Positions 10,880 to 22,243 of a DNA stretch of 36,341 nt are shown here, piece by piece. Position 1 is the stretch's first letter. Each line of letters opens with the position of its first letter. The position numbers and the translations under genes are program-made. The stretch comes from a virus (Duplodnaviria; Heunggongvirae; Uroviricota; Caudoviricetes): IMG/VR virus record IMGVR_UViG_2778261216_000003; one strand, given 5' to 3'. The notes under the pieces were generated by a model. The model had not been told where the DNA came from, ran no database searches, and saw only the letters and a list, made by a program, of their open reading frames with translations.

Positions 10880-12838
10880 TTACGCCGTACATTTCACCAG
10901 ACCGCGGTGATCAACTGGCGCGACACCGGCGTCAATACGCACTTTCGTTGTCACGCCATCCACACTGAAGCCCTCCATCTGATCAATATATGGCGTATCC
11001 ACACCGTTGAGATAAGCCACTTCAATCGTATCGGAGCCTTTTGACGCAGCCAGGTAGAAGGTGGTCTGGCTGTTATCATCAAGACGAGGCTCTGCAATAA
11101 CGGTCGCAAAATCTTTCACCGGGTTAATAATACCGGCGTTAATGTCAGCCCCCTTGACACTTGAGGAGCGAATGACCTGGTTAGCAACAGACTCCATCGC
11201 CGTCGGTACCAGTACGAACGCAGGACGAATATTCAGATGACGCTCCCCCTCTTTCTGAACGCGCATCAACTGGCGGGCTTTATCCAGCGATGCCACGTCC
11301 ATTGCAGCGCTATCCAGTACGTTTGCATGTTTCGCTTTATCGAACAGACTTACATTATCTGTGGAGATTTTCGGGTTAGACGTCAGAATGGCATAAACCA
11401 GATCGGCAATAGTGGATTTCGCCGCACGGCCCAGTTTCATCGGGACATCGGTCAGCATATTCAGATCATCATTGATAATGGCCTGACGGGTGATACTGAA
11501 CAGCTCGCCATAGGTCGCCAGTGCAATAGTGGCCTGTTTATCTCCGGTGGTGACGTATTTATATTCCGCCCCTTCACGCACCTGACGCAGAGCACTGAAG
11601 CCCCCCATACCCACACGATGGGCAATTTTAAAATCAGACAACTGACCTTTCCGCGTCCACTGTTCATAGGTTTCAGGGGCATCTTCCCAGCCCTGCAGAA
11701 TGGCTTTGTTCGCAACATCCAGCAGAATATTACCGAAGTCAGACGTACTGTGTGTGAACGCCGCACCGACCATCTGCATCGGGTTATAACCGGAAACCCC
11801 AATACCCCGTTCAGTCAGTGACATACGGGCATATTCACGCAGGGTCATCCCGTTGTAGACATTATCACGTTCGGTTTTTTCAAATCCGGCACGCGCCATC
11901 AGCGCCTGGCGGATCCCGTCCCCCACAAAATTACCGTTTCCGGCATAAATATGAGCCGGGGTATTTTTATTGGATGGCGTGGACTCGCGCCCCATCTCGT
12001 TCAACAGCTTTTCGCGGGCCTGCTCCAGCGAACATTCAGGATCGGCAAGACACTGAGCCTGCAGCGTCTGATAACGCCCGCCAAACATGGCAAACAGATC
12101 ATTAATACCGTTTACACGCGCTTTTTGCTCTGCCAGTACCTGCGCACGGATACTGTTTTCATCCACCACGGGTGCTGCTGCCTGCACTGGCGTCCGGGAG
12201 GCTGCAGGTTCATCATCCTGTACGCGTGGAGCACTGTTGCGTGGCGGAGTAATCATGTTTCGAATGGATTCCGGCATCTTTTTAAATTCCTCTGTACGTT
12301 TTGACTGAATACATGCCATTGCCTTAACGGCTGGCGTCACCTGATCAGCAAATCCCTGTGCCAGACATTCGGCACCGGACATCCAGGTCTCATCCGCCAG
12401 CATGGCAGCAATTTCATCGGTGGTTTTCCCGGTTTTCTGTGCATAAGCGGGTAACAGAACCGCCTCAACCTTATCGAGCAGGTCGGCATAGGTGCGCATG
12501 TCCTCCGCATCACCGCCCGTAAAGCCAAATGGTTTATGAATCATCATGAAGGTGTTTTCCGGCATAATGACCGGGTTTCCCACCATCGCAATGACCGACG
12601 CCATTGACGCCGCCACACCGTCGACATAAACGGTAATGGACGCACCATGTGTTTTCAGCGCATTAAAAATGGCGATGCCTTCAAAGACATCGCCACCCGG
12701 TGAATTAATATGGAGATTAATGTGGGTGATATCGCCCAGTGCATTCAGATCACTGATAAACTGCTTCGCTGTAACACCCCAGAAACCAATCTCGTCATAA
12801 ATATAAATATCCGCGTCACTCTGGTGACCAGCCTGCAT
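10880..12838 (-). CDS. ClpP-like head maturation protease fused to HK97-fold major capsid protein (about 652 aa)
   Basis: N-terminal part has the ClpP/S14 hallmark INSPGGDVFEGIAIFNA plus the candidate Ser GVAASMAS. After an Ala/Pro-rich linker the C-terminal ~400 aa resemble an HK97-type capsid protein. The ATG at 12838 overlaps the portal stop by about 14 nt; the track ORF extension to 13099 is antisense to portal. Confidence 0.82.
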   Translation of the reverse strand: MQAGHQSDADIYIYDEIGFWGVTAKQFISDLNALGDITHINLHINSPGGDVFEGIAIFNALKTHGASITVYVDGVAASMASVIAMVGNPVIMPENTFMMIHKPFGFTGGDAEDMRTYADLLDKVEAVLLPAYAQKTGKTTDEIAAMLADETWMSGAECLAQGFADQVTPAVKAMACIQSKRTEEFKKMPESIRNMITPPRNSAPRVQDDEPAASRTPVQAAAPVVDENSIRAQVLAEQKARVNGINDLFAMFGGRYQTLQAQCLADPECSLEQAREKLLNEMGRESTPSNKNTPAHIYAGNGNFVGDGIRQALMARAGFEKTERDNVYNGMTLREYARMSLTERGIGVSGYNPMQMVGAAFTHSTSDFGNILLDVANKAILQGWEDAPETYEQWTRKGQLSDFKIAHRVGMGGFSALRQVREGAEYKYVTTGDKQATIALATYGELFSITRQAIINDDLNMLTDVPMKLGRAAKSTIADLVYAILTSNPKISTDNVSLFDKAKHANVLDSAAMDVASLDKARQLMRVQKEGERHLNIRPAFVLVPTAMESVANQVIRSSSVKGADINAGIINPVKDFATVIAEPRLDDNSQTTFYLAASKGSDTIEVAYLNGVDTPYIDQMEGFSVDGVTTKVRIDAGVAPVDHRGLVKCTA

Positions 12839-12851
12839 CCTGAACCAGGAA

Positions 12852-14360
12852 TTATTCTTCGGACTGGTCGTCGGTGTGCTGCGGCTCCTGTCGTTTCGTT
12901 GCGGCACTGCTGCCTCCTTTATCACTGGCCGGATCGGTATCAAATACCAGATCCAGCTTGCGGTTTTCATCAATTTCGGCCTTGCGCCGACGTTTGACAT
13001 CATCCGGATTACGACCACCTGCACGTACCCAGTCTGATTCTGTCGCCGCTCCACCACGAATCTGGATTTTCCAGGCCTCAGCCTCCTTAACAGGGTCAAT
13101 CCACGGCATCACCGGTCCGGAATACACCGCGGTATACAGTGAAGAACGGTCAAGATCGCGGGGTAGCCTGATAACACCGGATGCCACAGCCTGTTTCAGC
13201 CATGCACGATACATCGGGCGGGTGACGGCACCAATAAACCAGTCCTGCAGGATCAGGTAGCCATCAGTAGATTCAACCAGCTCCTGACGCTGGGCGCTGT
13301 AAGTGCCGTTATAGTTGCGCGCTGTACTGGAAAAACTCAGACGACTGCCCGCCGCCACGGCACGCAACTGACCATTACGAAAAGTTTCAAGGTTAGGATT
13401 GGGGCGATCCGACTTCACCATTCCGATTTCTTCGCCGGGTTTCAGATCGTCGTAAATAATGCCTGGCTGAATGGTAAGCTCGCGTTCCTTATCCTTGCTG
13501 CCATTACCATCCGGTTCATAGCTCTGCCCGTCGCCTTTGCGGATGTACATCCCCAGAGCAGCGGCGATCCTTGCTGCAGTCAGCTCATAATCTTCATAAT
13601 CTTTCAGGGCACTGAGGCGGATCAGCACACCGGACAACAAAGACGTCCCGCGCATCTGGTGCAGACGGCGAACAAATTTAAGATGCAGCATTCGCTCTGC
13701 ATCCACTTCTTTGGTTTCCATCTGCCGTCCGGATACGGGACGGCTTTTATACACCAGATATTTTTCGGGACGCCCCCAGTCATCAACAAACACGCCCTGA
13801 TTCAGCCTGTTGCTCTCATCACTGGTCATGGGAATAAAGTCCGGCTCGAGCGCCTCCAGCCAGAAATGAACACCGGCAGAAGGCGTCAGGCTGTTTATGC
13901 GCCCGGAAACCATCTGGGCAAACACCTCACCATCGCGCAGCCAGGTACGCAGCATCAGACGTTCCAGCATCGGACGGGTAAACTGCCCGGTGACTTCCGG
14001 GCTGACAGACCATTCACTCCATCGGGTGCGAATCTCCGCAGCCAGGTCACGGGCAATGGCCCCATTGCGTAATACCGGATGTGGCTCGACAATAATCCCG
14101 TTTTTCCCCACCACCCGTTCTTCCAGCTTGTCAAATACACCAATAACCAGATCGTGGTTGTTATCAAGGTAACGGGCCTGCTCACGTAACGACACGGCCC
14201 CGTACTGGCTTAACTGGTCGGCAGTTCGGTTTTCCCGCCGGCCTTTGTGTGTCCGCGTCGTTTTTACGGCCTCATAAGCCTGGATCACCGCACGGGAACG
14301 CAGCCTTGCCGCTTTCCATCCTGGTGAAAAAACGCCAATCACATCATCAAGAATTGCCAT
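12852..14360 (-). CDS. Portal protein (about 502 aa)
   Basis: Large ORF between W and the protease-capsid gene with an acidic C-terminal tail typical of portals. The ATG at 14360 overlaps the W stop as TGATG. Confidence 0.82.
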   Translation of the reverse strand: MAILDDVIGVFSPGWKAARLRSRAVIQAYEAVKTTRTHKGRRENRTADQLSQYGAVSLREQARYLDNNHDLVIGVFDKLEERVVGKNGIIVEPHPVLRNGAIARDLAAEIRTRWSEWSVSPEVTGQFTRPMLERLMLRTWLRDGEVFAQMVSGRINSLTPSAGVHFWLEALEPDFIPMTSDESNRLNQGVFVDDWGRPEKYLVYKSRPVSGRQMETKEVDAERMLHLKFVRRLHQMRGTSLLSGVLIRLSALKDYEDYELTAARIAAALGMYIRKGDGQSYEPDGNGSKDKERELTIQPGIIYDDLKPGEEIGMVKSDRPNPNLETFRNGQLRAVAAGSRLSFSSTARNYNGTYSAQRQELVESTDGYLILQDWFIGAVTRPMYRAWLKQAVASGVIRLPRDLDRSSLYTAVYSGPVMPWIDPVKEAEAWKIQIRGGAATESDWVRAGGRNPDDVKRRRKAEIDENRKLDLVFDTDPASDKGGSSAATKRQEPQHTDDQSEE

Positions 14361-14578
14361 CAGAACCTCGCCAGCCGGTACCCGGGATGCCCCCGTCGTC
14401 GTGTAATCAGAGCCGCAAGGCGGCGCTCCCACTCCTGCCGTCCCTGCCGGATCTCAGATAAGTTTTCCATGGTCATCTGCTGACCATTAAAGGTGACGGA
14501 TTTTCCGTCCAGCACCGCCATTTCAGCTTCCGTATAACGCTGAATCATGGCTTCGATATCATTCTGGTTCATAACCAT
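14360..14578 (-). CDS. W: Head-tail connector / DNA stabilization protein gpW-like
   Basis: 72-aa ORF ending ALITRRRGHPGYRLARF, compared with lambda gpW ending TGMTQRRRGPAGFYV; located between terminase large subunit and portal exactly as lambda W. Confidence 0.72.
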   Translation of the reverse strand: MVMNQNDIEAMIQRYTEAEMAVLDGKSVTFNGQQMTMENLSEIRQGRQEWERRLAALITRRRGHPGYRLARF

Positions 14579-16671
14579 CCTCCGGAAGTCAGCCAGGGGT
14601 TAACATCGTCAGTTACTGTTTTCTTCCGTTTTTGTTTTTTAACAGGCGTGGATACCGGTTCCGGTGAGGGTGACGGTTCGGTACTGTCCGGGACACACTC
14701 CAGCCAGGTTTCCCGGCTCGCCCACTCCGGTGCATCCGGCCAGCGGATCTTTTCGTATCCATGCAGAATGACCAGAGCCTCGGCATACACCATCAGGTCA
14801 AAAGCTTCGTTGGCACCGCGACCCGGCTTACTCCATTTCCCGTCACTGCTCCGCTCTTCATACGTCAGTTCGTCGTAAAACCAGCTCCCCAGCCAGTCAG
14901 GGAAATGCACATAGCCGGGACCTGGCGAGTCACGCCATAACGCGTTATTCACCCGGTCTTTCAGGGCATCCGTCTGAAGAAGCCAGAGCGGCACATCACC
15001 TGCGGCCTGCGCCCGGCGGCCCGTTCGTCCGGTGTTATCAGGGAATGTACGGCTGATCAGTTTTGCGCGCCGGATGCTGTCACCCTTAAACAGGTAAATA
15101 CGTTTACCAAGGCCATCACGACGGCAACGACGCCAGAATTTATAGGCATTATCAGTGACCCCGTCTTCACCGCCGGAGTCCACCGCCATTGCCATCAGTC
15201 GCATTTGTTGAGAAGGATCGGAGGCCAGCGGCCAGCTTTTATGAAAAACATCCGTCAGCAGGACATCCCAGTCTTCCGGATAGCTGGCCGGATCAATTCG
15301 CTGGCTCTCCCCGTCGCTGTCACCGCGCAATGACTGCGTGATGTTGTAACGATCAATAATCCAGCGTTCGCCACGGCTGCCATAGCCCGTTACCTGAACC
15401 ACAAAACGGCGATGACGTCCCGCCTGCACATCCACTGTCGCCACAAGGAAATTAACGCCATCCGGCACACTGCGGGAAGGAACTGGCTCTGCCCGCTGCT
15501 CAAGCAATTCACTTTTTCGTTGCTCCATGCTGGCGCGGGGAAGATAAGGTAATCCCCAGTCGGTATTGATAACCGTCTTGAGTGTTTCTTCACTTCCGGT
15601 TGTCTCGTATTCCTGTTCTGCAGTAAGCAGTTTGTAAACGAGTTGCGAGAGTGTCTGGTAAGCAGCTGCCGGACCCTCCATCCAGAATGACGCAATACGT
15701 GAGCGTCGGGGATCACCATAACGACTGCCATCCGCATTGATGGATTCACCATCCCGCAACCAGACCCCACGTCCGTTCAGCTCACGTTTGTGTTCAGGCA
15801 TAATCCGTCCTGAACAGGAAGGACACTGAATATAAGCCGCCTCACTTGCCAGCACGGGATCGGCAATATCACGGAAACCAGCAACCACATCGCCGCAGGG
15901 CTGAAAATACTCACCACAGTGTGGACAGGGCCAGTACCAGCGACGGCGATCGCCACGGTTATAGAGCGACAGTATCCCCGTGGTTGGTGGAGCCTCATGC
16001 GGTGAAGTCCGTCGCCATTTCACATCCTTCACATCCCTGCCGGGGGAACTCTCCACAAGCGTCATACCACTGGACATAAATGTTGTGGTACGTTTTGAGG
16101 CAAGAGAGAAAGCATCCCCCTCGCCATCAATATCTTCCGGAAAACGGTCATAATCCGTCAGCGCGACGCATTTATAATCTGATGAGGACATGATATTGAC
16201 TGACGGCCAGCCGATTTTCAGGTAGTTACCAGCAAGGAATGTTCTGTCATAAACGTTGTTGTCATTTTTGTTCGGACTCAGGCGACTGACCACTTCCGGG
16301 CTGACGCGAAACGTTCTGGCGAGTCGTTTTTTGGAGTGTTCGCGGGCTTTTTCCTCCGTCATCTGAATGATCAGCATATCAGCAGGATCGCAAATCACGT
16401 TGTAAATCACCCAGCCGTCAATCAGGCCGATAGTCTTGCCGGTTCGTGCCGGGCCAACAAATATCACTGCGTCGTATTCACGCGAGGCCAGGCAGTTCAT
16501 CGGCTCAATAACATACGGTGCCACCAGCGGATCCCACGGGACTGAGTTCCCTGCCCCCATGGGCACCCGCATATACTGAGCAACGGCATCAGCAACCCGC
16601 ATTCGTCTCGGTGCGCGAAGGATATAACCTGAATCGGTTCGTGCTGCCTTTGCGGTTTCCTGATTCAGCAT
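14569..16671 (-). CDS. Terminase large subunit (gpA-like)
   Basis: 700-aa ORF; N-terminal ATPase region with Walker A-like VGPARTGKT, C-terminal nuclease-type region; start ATG overlaps the small-subunit stop (TAATG) with a GGAGGAG Shine-Dalgarno. Confidence 0.88.
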   Translation of the reverse strand: MLNQETAKAARTDSGYILRAPRRMRVADAVAQYMRVPMGAGNSVPWDPLVAPYVIEPMNCLASREYDAVIFVGPARTGKTIGLIDGWVIYNVICDPADMLIIQMTEEKAREHSKKRLARTFRVSPEVVSRLSPNKNDNNVYDRTFLAGNYLKIGWPSVNIMSSSDYKCVALTDYDRFPEDIDGEGDAFSLASKRTTTFMSSGMTLVESSPGRDVKDVKWRRTSPHEAPPTTGILSLYNRGDRRRWYWPCPHCGEYFQPCGDVVAGFRDIADPVLASEAAYIQCPSCSGRIMPEHKRELNGRGVWLRDGESINADGSRYGDPRRSRIASFWMEGPAAAYQTLSQLVYKLLTAEQEYETTGSEETLKTVINTDWGLPYLPRASMEQRKSELLEQRAEPVPSRSVPDGVNFLVATVDVQAGRHRRFVVQVTGYGSRGERWIIDRYNITQSLRGDSDGESQRIDPASYPEDWDVLLTDVFHKSWPLASDPSQQMRLMAMAVDSGGEDGVTDNAYKFWRRCRRDGLGKRIYLFKGDSIRRAKLISRTFPDNTGRTGRRAQAAGDVPLWLLQTDALKDRVNNALWRDSPGPGYVHFPDWLGSWFYDELTYEERSSDGKWSKPGRGANEAFDLMVYAEALVILHGYEKIRWPDAPEWASRETWLECVPDSTEPSPSPEPVSTPVKKQKRKKTVTDDVNPWLTSGGWL

Positions 16672-17165
16672 TACTCCTCCTGCTGTAATTCCTCCTCATC
16701 ATCCGCACCTGCTTCAGTCACCCGCAGGGCTATCTGATCGCGCAGATCATCAATAATGGACTGAACACGGCTCACAGCGGCAGGCTGCAGACCGCAGTCA
16801 CGTTCCAGAATATCCGGTAATGTCTCCAGCACCTGCACGACCGCTTTTGCCCAGATGGCAAACTCCCGTCTGACATCACTGGCCGGAATGAGTTGTGCCG
16901 TTTCCTGTTCGAACTTAAGACGCTCACGTTCAGACTGATACCAGGCTTTGCGCTCATGCGCGTCCATTTCGCCTTCTGCAACCGGCGGTGGCAATGCCAG
17001 AAATGCCGACACAATATCAACCACCCGATAAAGCTTGAGGTTGCTTTCATGCCCCCCTGCAACGGGTAGATTTTGCAGCCTTGCCGCAGCAGTCTGGCGA
17101 TGTACACCTGACAGTGCCGCCAGTTGACTGATATTCAGCGTCAGATTTTTTAACTCTCGATCCAT
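16671..17165 (-). CDS. Terminase small subunit (Nu1/NohA-like)
   Basis: 164-aa ORF with N-terminal HTH-like LNISQLAALSGVHRQTAAARL and acidic C-terminus, immediately upstream of the large subunit and about 175 bp downstream of the cosN-like site. Confidence 0.8.
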   Translation of the reverse strand: MDRELKNLTLNISQLAALSGVHRQTAAARLQNLPVAGGHESNLKLYRVVDIVSAFLALPPPVAEGEMDAHERKAWYQSERERLKFEQETAQLIPASDVRREFAIWAKAVVQVLETLPDILERDCGLQPAAVSRVQSIIDDLRDQIALRVTEAGADDEEELQQEE

Positions 17166-17327
17166 ACCCGCTCCAGAATGTTTTAAACATGCATCTCGCG
17201 AACAACTTTAGGCAAACGGTGTTAGTGGTGAACAAAAAACAATCAAAATCGACACCATAAAAACAAAACCACTGTAATATCAATCTATTACAGTGGTGGT
17301 GATGACGAATGAAATTTCAAAAACTAG

Positions 17328-17362
17328 CCTTTTTCCGCGCCGCTCCCGCCCCGTGGCAGGCC
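17328..17362 (-). other. Candidate cohesive-end site (cosN-like)
   Basis: Minus-strand sequence ...CCACGGGGCGGGAGCGGCGCGGAAAAAGG... resembles recalled lambda cosN context ...TTACGGGGCGGCGACCTCGCGGGTTTTCG...; distance to the terminase small-subunit start is about 175 bp (lambda about 190 bp). An inverted repeat CCACTGTAATA/TATTACAGTGG at about 17270-17297 lies in the expected cosB region. Confidence 0.35.
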
Positions 17363-17723
17363 ACCCCACCGGGAGGACCCGTCAGCCTGACAGCCATGAC
17401 GAACGTCTGATACAGCGCCTTGCATGAATGGCATCGGGATAATCCAGAAAGGAATAGCATCGTGCCCACAAGAATCTGTGTGAGTATCCTGTTTCTTCCA
17501 CCCCCGCACAGGACTGACGAGCATGAGGGGAAAATATGCGAACCATAAATGCCTCATCTTCAGCAATGCAGCCGGCATCCGAACAGGACGATATTGTAAA
17601 TTCACCTAATTACGAGGACATTGCAGTAGTTGAATTGCAGCTCTGTATTAGCCTGACAGTGACAGAATGCGATATTGACTCTGTCACAGGTGAAATAGTT
17701 TGAATGATTAGCAGTTATGGTGC

Positions 17724-17930
17724 TCAGTCAACCACCAGGGAATAATCCTTCGAATTCTTATCGTGCTTCACCAACGCTGCCTCAATTGCCCTGAATGCTT
17801 CCAGAGACACCTGATGTTCTATACATGCAATTACAACATCCGGGTAACTCATAGAAATGGTGCTATTAAGCATATTTTTTACACGAATCAGATCCAACGA
17901 GAGTTCATCAGCAGATTGTTCTTTATTCAT
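17724..17930 (-). CDS. YbcW-like small prophage protein
   Basis: 68-aa [43 protein letters not shown]...; recalled as near-identical to DLP12 YbcW (68 aa). Confidence 0.6.
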   Translation of the reverse strand: MNKEQSADELSLDLIRVKNMLNSTISMSYPDVVIACIEHQVSLEAFRAIEAALVKHDKNSKDYSLVVD

Positions 17931-18230
17931 TTTGTCGCTCCATGCGTTTGCTCGTCATCTAGCGGTTAAAATATTACTTCAAATCTTACTGCATAAAAGA
18001 GGAAAAGTATGAAAGTTTGAGTACATCGACCTTACATACATCTGTCGGTTGCATATCCCTCCTGGATGCCAGCAAGGCTCAATTTTGTTACGCAATCAAC
18101 ACTATTCATTAAAAACAGGCTTAATATTTGACATAAATCATCAACAAAACACAAAGAGGTCAGACCAGATTAAAACAATAAACACGATAATGCAAACTAC
18201 GCGCCATCGTATCACATGGAAGGTTTACCA

Positions 18231-18641
18231 ATGGCTCAGGCTGCCATTTTTAAAGAAATATTCGATCAAGTGCGTAAAGATTTAAACTGTGAATTATTTT
18301 ATTCTGAGCTAAAACGTCACAATATCTCACTTTATATTTACTATTTAGCCACAGATAATATTCACATTGTGTTAGAAAACGACAACATAGTGTTAGTAAA
18401 AGGACTCAAAAAGGTTGTAAATGTTAAATTCTCCAGAAACAAACATCTTATAGAGACCTCCTATAATAAGTTGAAATCAAAAGAAATCACATTTCAACAA
18501 TACAGGGAAAATCTTGCTAAAGCAGGAGTTTTCCGATGGGTTACAAATATCCAGGAACACCAAAGATATTACTATGCCTTTGATAACTCATTACTATTTA
18601 CTGAAAGCATCCAGAAAACTACACAGATCTTACCACGCTAA
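18231..18641 (+). CDS. YbcV-like protein (DUF1398 family)
   Basis: ORF starting at the second Met ([16 protein letters not shown]...), preceded by a GGAAGG Shine-Dalgarno; followed by an 8-bp-stem hairpin GTCCGGCT...AGCCGGAC. Family assignment from recall of DLP12 ybcV. Confidence 0.55.
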   Translation: MAQAAIFKEIFDQVRKDLNCELFYSELKRHNISLYIYYLATDNIHIVLENDNIVLVKGLKKVVNVKFSRNKHLIETSYNKLKSKEITFQQYRENLAKAGVFRWVTNIQEHQRYYYAFDNSLLFTESIQKTTQILPR

Positions 18642-18793
18642 ACCATAACGTCCGGCTTCTCTCACTCCTGAGCCGGACTGCATTGGTTTAATAAAAACCA
18701 TCAACAATTGTGATTTAGATATTCGGAACCATTCAAATATAACAAAACCCCGTAAAAACGAGGTTTATGGATAAATTTTATTATTGAATACAT

Positions 18794-18966
18794 CAGATTA
18801 AATTAATCTTGACATCATAGCTTTCAAGACCCGTCATTTTTTCCCGTGCGGTAAACTGAATACTGGTAACTTCTTTCCCGGTCTTTTTCTTAAGTTCAAT
18901 AATTTTTTTTGTTATATATTCAGAAATATCTGCTTCTGCTTTTGTTTTTAAGTTTTCAATATTCAT
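18794..18966 (-). CDS. gnsB: GnsA/GnsB-family small protein
   Basis: 57-aa ORF not in the track (too short), read by hand: MNIENLKTKAEADISEYITKKIIELKKKTGKEVTSIQFTAREKMTGLESYDVKINLI, compared with recalled GnsA/B (MNIEELKKQAE...TGKEVSEIRFTAREKMTGLESYDVKIKIM). GAGGA Shine-Dalgarno upstream. Confidence 0.65.
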
Positions 18967-19137
18967 CATTTCCTCTTTTAGTCTGTTATGACTTTCCAGT
19001 TACACAGTAAGTCGATTATATGGTGCAAACGTGTAAAAGATAAGATGAAACATCGCAATAATCAACATACGATAGTCTAAATTTTACACAAACAGACAAA
19101 GAGAATTTTCCTGAATTATCAATACAATAGCATCAAA

Positions 19138-19368
19138 TCAACTCAAGAGCCTTATTGCTGCTTCCAGAATTTCTTCTGAAGTAACATGTCGATCCGCGGC
19201 TACATAAATGACTTTATGATCTCCGGTCAGAGATGGAAACCCTGCGGCCATTACAGTAAGGTGTGTTTTTTCGCCATTTGGATATTCACGCATGATGGTG
19301 TTAACTCCAGTCATCGCTGGCACTACCACTGCTGGTTCAGAGTTAAAAAAAACTATGATTTTTTTCAT
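19138..19368 (-). CDS. Hypothetical small protein (YnfN-position)
   Basis: About 76 aa from the internal ATG at 19368 (MKKIIVFFNSEPAVVVPAMTG...); sits between the gnsB-like gene and cspI as ynfN does in Qin. No family recognised with certainty. Confidence 0.4.
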   Translation of the reverse strand: MKKIIVFFNSEPAVVVPAMTGVNTIMREYPNGEKTHLTVMAAGFPSLTGDHKVIYVAADRHVTSEEILEAAIRLLS

Positions 19369-19639
19369 GATGTTACCGTAGTATGTGAGTATCCATCGAA
19401 TAGATACCAAGCAAAAAAGCTCCCGAAGGAGCCTTCATTTTCACTTTTTTAAATCCAACGACAGACGGCTGGCATTTAAGTATTGTGAAATATTATCAAA
19501 TGTAATCATCATTGATTTACAAAAGATACATTTTGCCCCGAAAGGATTCATGTCAGAAACATCAAAAGATGATGTTCTATACTGGGAACCATGACAACAC
19601 GGGCATCTAAAGTGAATATGGTTTGTAATATTGTCTACC

Positions 19640-19852
19640 TCAAAGCGCCACTACATGAACAGCGGCAGGACCTTTAGGTCCGTTCTCAATACCAAATTCA
19701 ACTTCCTGATTCTCAGTTAATGTTTTGAAATCGTTGCTCTGAATTGCTGAGAAATGGACAAACACATCTTTGCTGCCATCTTTCGGCGTGATGAAACCAA
19801 AACCTTTTTCAGGGTTAAACCATTTCACTAAACCAGTCATTTTGTTAGACAT
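19640..19852 (-). CDS. cspI: Cold shock protein, CspI-type
   Basis: 70-aa [41 protein letters not shown]... with RNP1/RNP2 cold-shock-domain motifs (KGFGFI, VFVHF); followed upstream by a long AT-rich leader typical of csp genes. Confidence 0.9.
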   Translation of the reverse strand: MSNKMTGLVKWFNPEKGFGFITPKDGSKDVFVHFSAIQSNDFKTLTENQEVEFGIENGPKGPAAVHVVAL

Positions 19853-20215
19853 AATTATTACCTTTTGAAGAAATTAGCCCTTGGGCAGAATGGTCCGAAA
19901 AAAAATATCAGAGAGAAAAACCAACAAGGAAATCTCAAGAGGTACAAATAATAAAATTATAACAATGACTGCTTCAGATAAATTTGTAACAAACCAGAAC
20001 ACCATTAACGCATGATTAACCACCCATAGCAAGGATTACTTTTGTAAAGAAAAACACAGCAATGAAAGAATAGCTTTATTTATTAATAATAACGTGTCAT
20101 TCTGATTAAGACCTTTTATCTTACCCTTAAGATTTCAGGAATTTTGGCTCATGGAAGAGTCCTTTTTATTTAAATTTTACATTCCGCGATGTAAATGTTC
20201 CGATTTAATATTACC

Positions 20216-21239
<1,024 letters not shown>

Positions 21240-21243
<4 letters not shown>

Positions 21244-21527
21244 ATATATTTATGATGAGGACGCTCGTGCTTATTGGCAGGATTTTCAATCTTAAAGGAG
21301 TACTGATGCTGCAGATAAGACTCAACTTTTTCTGACAATTTTTCTGCTACTTCCAGGAAGACTTGCCGGACGCTCCTTCTGGCTGCTGCCTCATAAAACT
21401 CCAGCGCAGCTCCTTCAACACGGTCCATGGCGACATCCAGGTCAAAAATTTCACCGTCAAAGCGTTCTTTGTCCTGTAAGGCTACAGTTACCGTAACTTT
21501 ATTCTCAAAATTACGGACTCCTTTCAC
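21240..21527 (-). CDS. YdfR-like small protein (DUF1327-type), between holin and endolysin
   Basis: 95-aa ORF tightly packed (ATGA overlap) with the endolysin; same position as ydfR in Qin. Family from recall. Confidence 0.5.
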
Positions 21528-21555
21528 AACCAGTTCATAGTCTTGAGTCGTTGGA

Positions 21556-21771
21556 TTACTCTCCTCTCGCAGCCTTACGCCTGTCTTCTTTAATCTTGAA
21601 ATAAAGATTTGTCAGATACGTCAGCAGGCCAAAAACCAGGCTACCCAGCACACCGATTGCAGCCCACTGTGACGGAGTTACTTTATCGAGTAACTGCAAT
21701 GCCCAGAAACCAGCATTACCCGCCGATGTGCCATAGGCAACACCTGTTGTTAACTTATCCATTGATTTCAT
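21556..21771 (-). CDS. Pinholin (phage-21 S-type class II holin) with dual start
   Basis: From the ATG at 21771: [71 protein letters not shown], compared with recalled S21 ([68 protein letters not shown]); the MKSM dual-start motif is present. Confidence 0.85.
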   Translation of the reverse strand: MKSMDKLTTGVAYGTSAGNAGFWALQLLDKVTPSQWAAIGVLGSLVFGLLTYLTNLYFKIKEDRRKAARGE

Positions 21772-21990
21772 ATCCTCACCCCGATGTACACGGATGGTGC
21801 AATATGTTTGAAAAGATCGGAGTCTACGGGGTAGTTTTGACAGCACACGTTGTTCTCAACGGCGCTAAAAAAACATACACATTAAAAATGTGGGTAATTA
21901 TTTTGAAAGAAAGTCATATATAAAATAATAATACGAGAAATGTTTTCATATTTAGTGTACTGTATACGGCCATTTATACAGGAAAAGCCT

Positions 21991-22161
21991 ATGTCAGAAC
22001 GTAAAAACTCAAAATCACGCCGTAATTATCTCGTTAAATGTTCCTGCCCAAACTGCACCCAAGAGTCAGAACACAGTTTTTCAAGAGTACAAAAAGGTGC
22101 CCTTTTGATCTGCCCTCATTGCAACAAAGTATTCCAGACAAATCTTAAAGCTGTAGCCTGA
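21991..22161 (+). CDS. Small zinc-ribbon protein (CxxC...CxxC), hypothetical
   Basis: 56 aa from the ATG at 21991 (AGGAAA Shine-Dalgarno): MSERKNSKSRRNYLVKCSCPNCTQESEHSFSRVQKGALLICPHCNKVFQ...; two CxxC pairs; followed by a stem-loop at 22225-22243. Confidence 0.4.
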   Translation: MSERKNSKSRRNYLVKCSCPNCTQESEHSFSRVQKGALLICPHCNKVFQTNLKAVA

Positions 22162-22224
22162 TTGATTTTATTAGTAACAAGTATTTTTTATATTTTAATA
22201 ATATATTTAAAGCAGATAATAAAA

Positions 22225-22243
22225 AACCCGCCTGAGCGGGTTT
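22225..22243 (-). terminator. Rho-independent terminator (strong on the minus strand, weaker on plus)
   Basis: AACCCGCctgaGCGGGTT stem-loop; on the minus strand it is followed by TTTTTTATT. Confidence 0.5.

Noticed and set aside
11237-12304. Plus-strand ORFs inside the protease-capsid gene (11237-11821, 11818-12105, 11951-12304)
   Set aside because: Antisense to a gene with clear ClpP and capsid motifs.
12852-13099. N-terminal 87 codons of the 739-aa track ORF (start at 13099)
   Set aside because: This extension overlaps the portal C-terminus; the ClpP-like domain begins right after the ATG at 12838, which gives the usual short overlap with the portal stop.
17324-17605. 93-aa minus-strand ORF in the cos region
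   Set aside because: Overlaps the candidate cos site; no Shine-Dalgarno, Arg/Pro/Gly-rich; the region is expected to be non-coding packaging signal.
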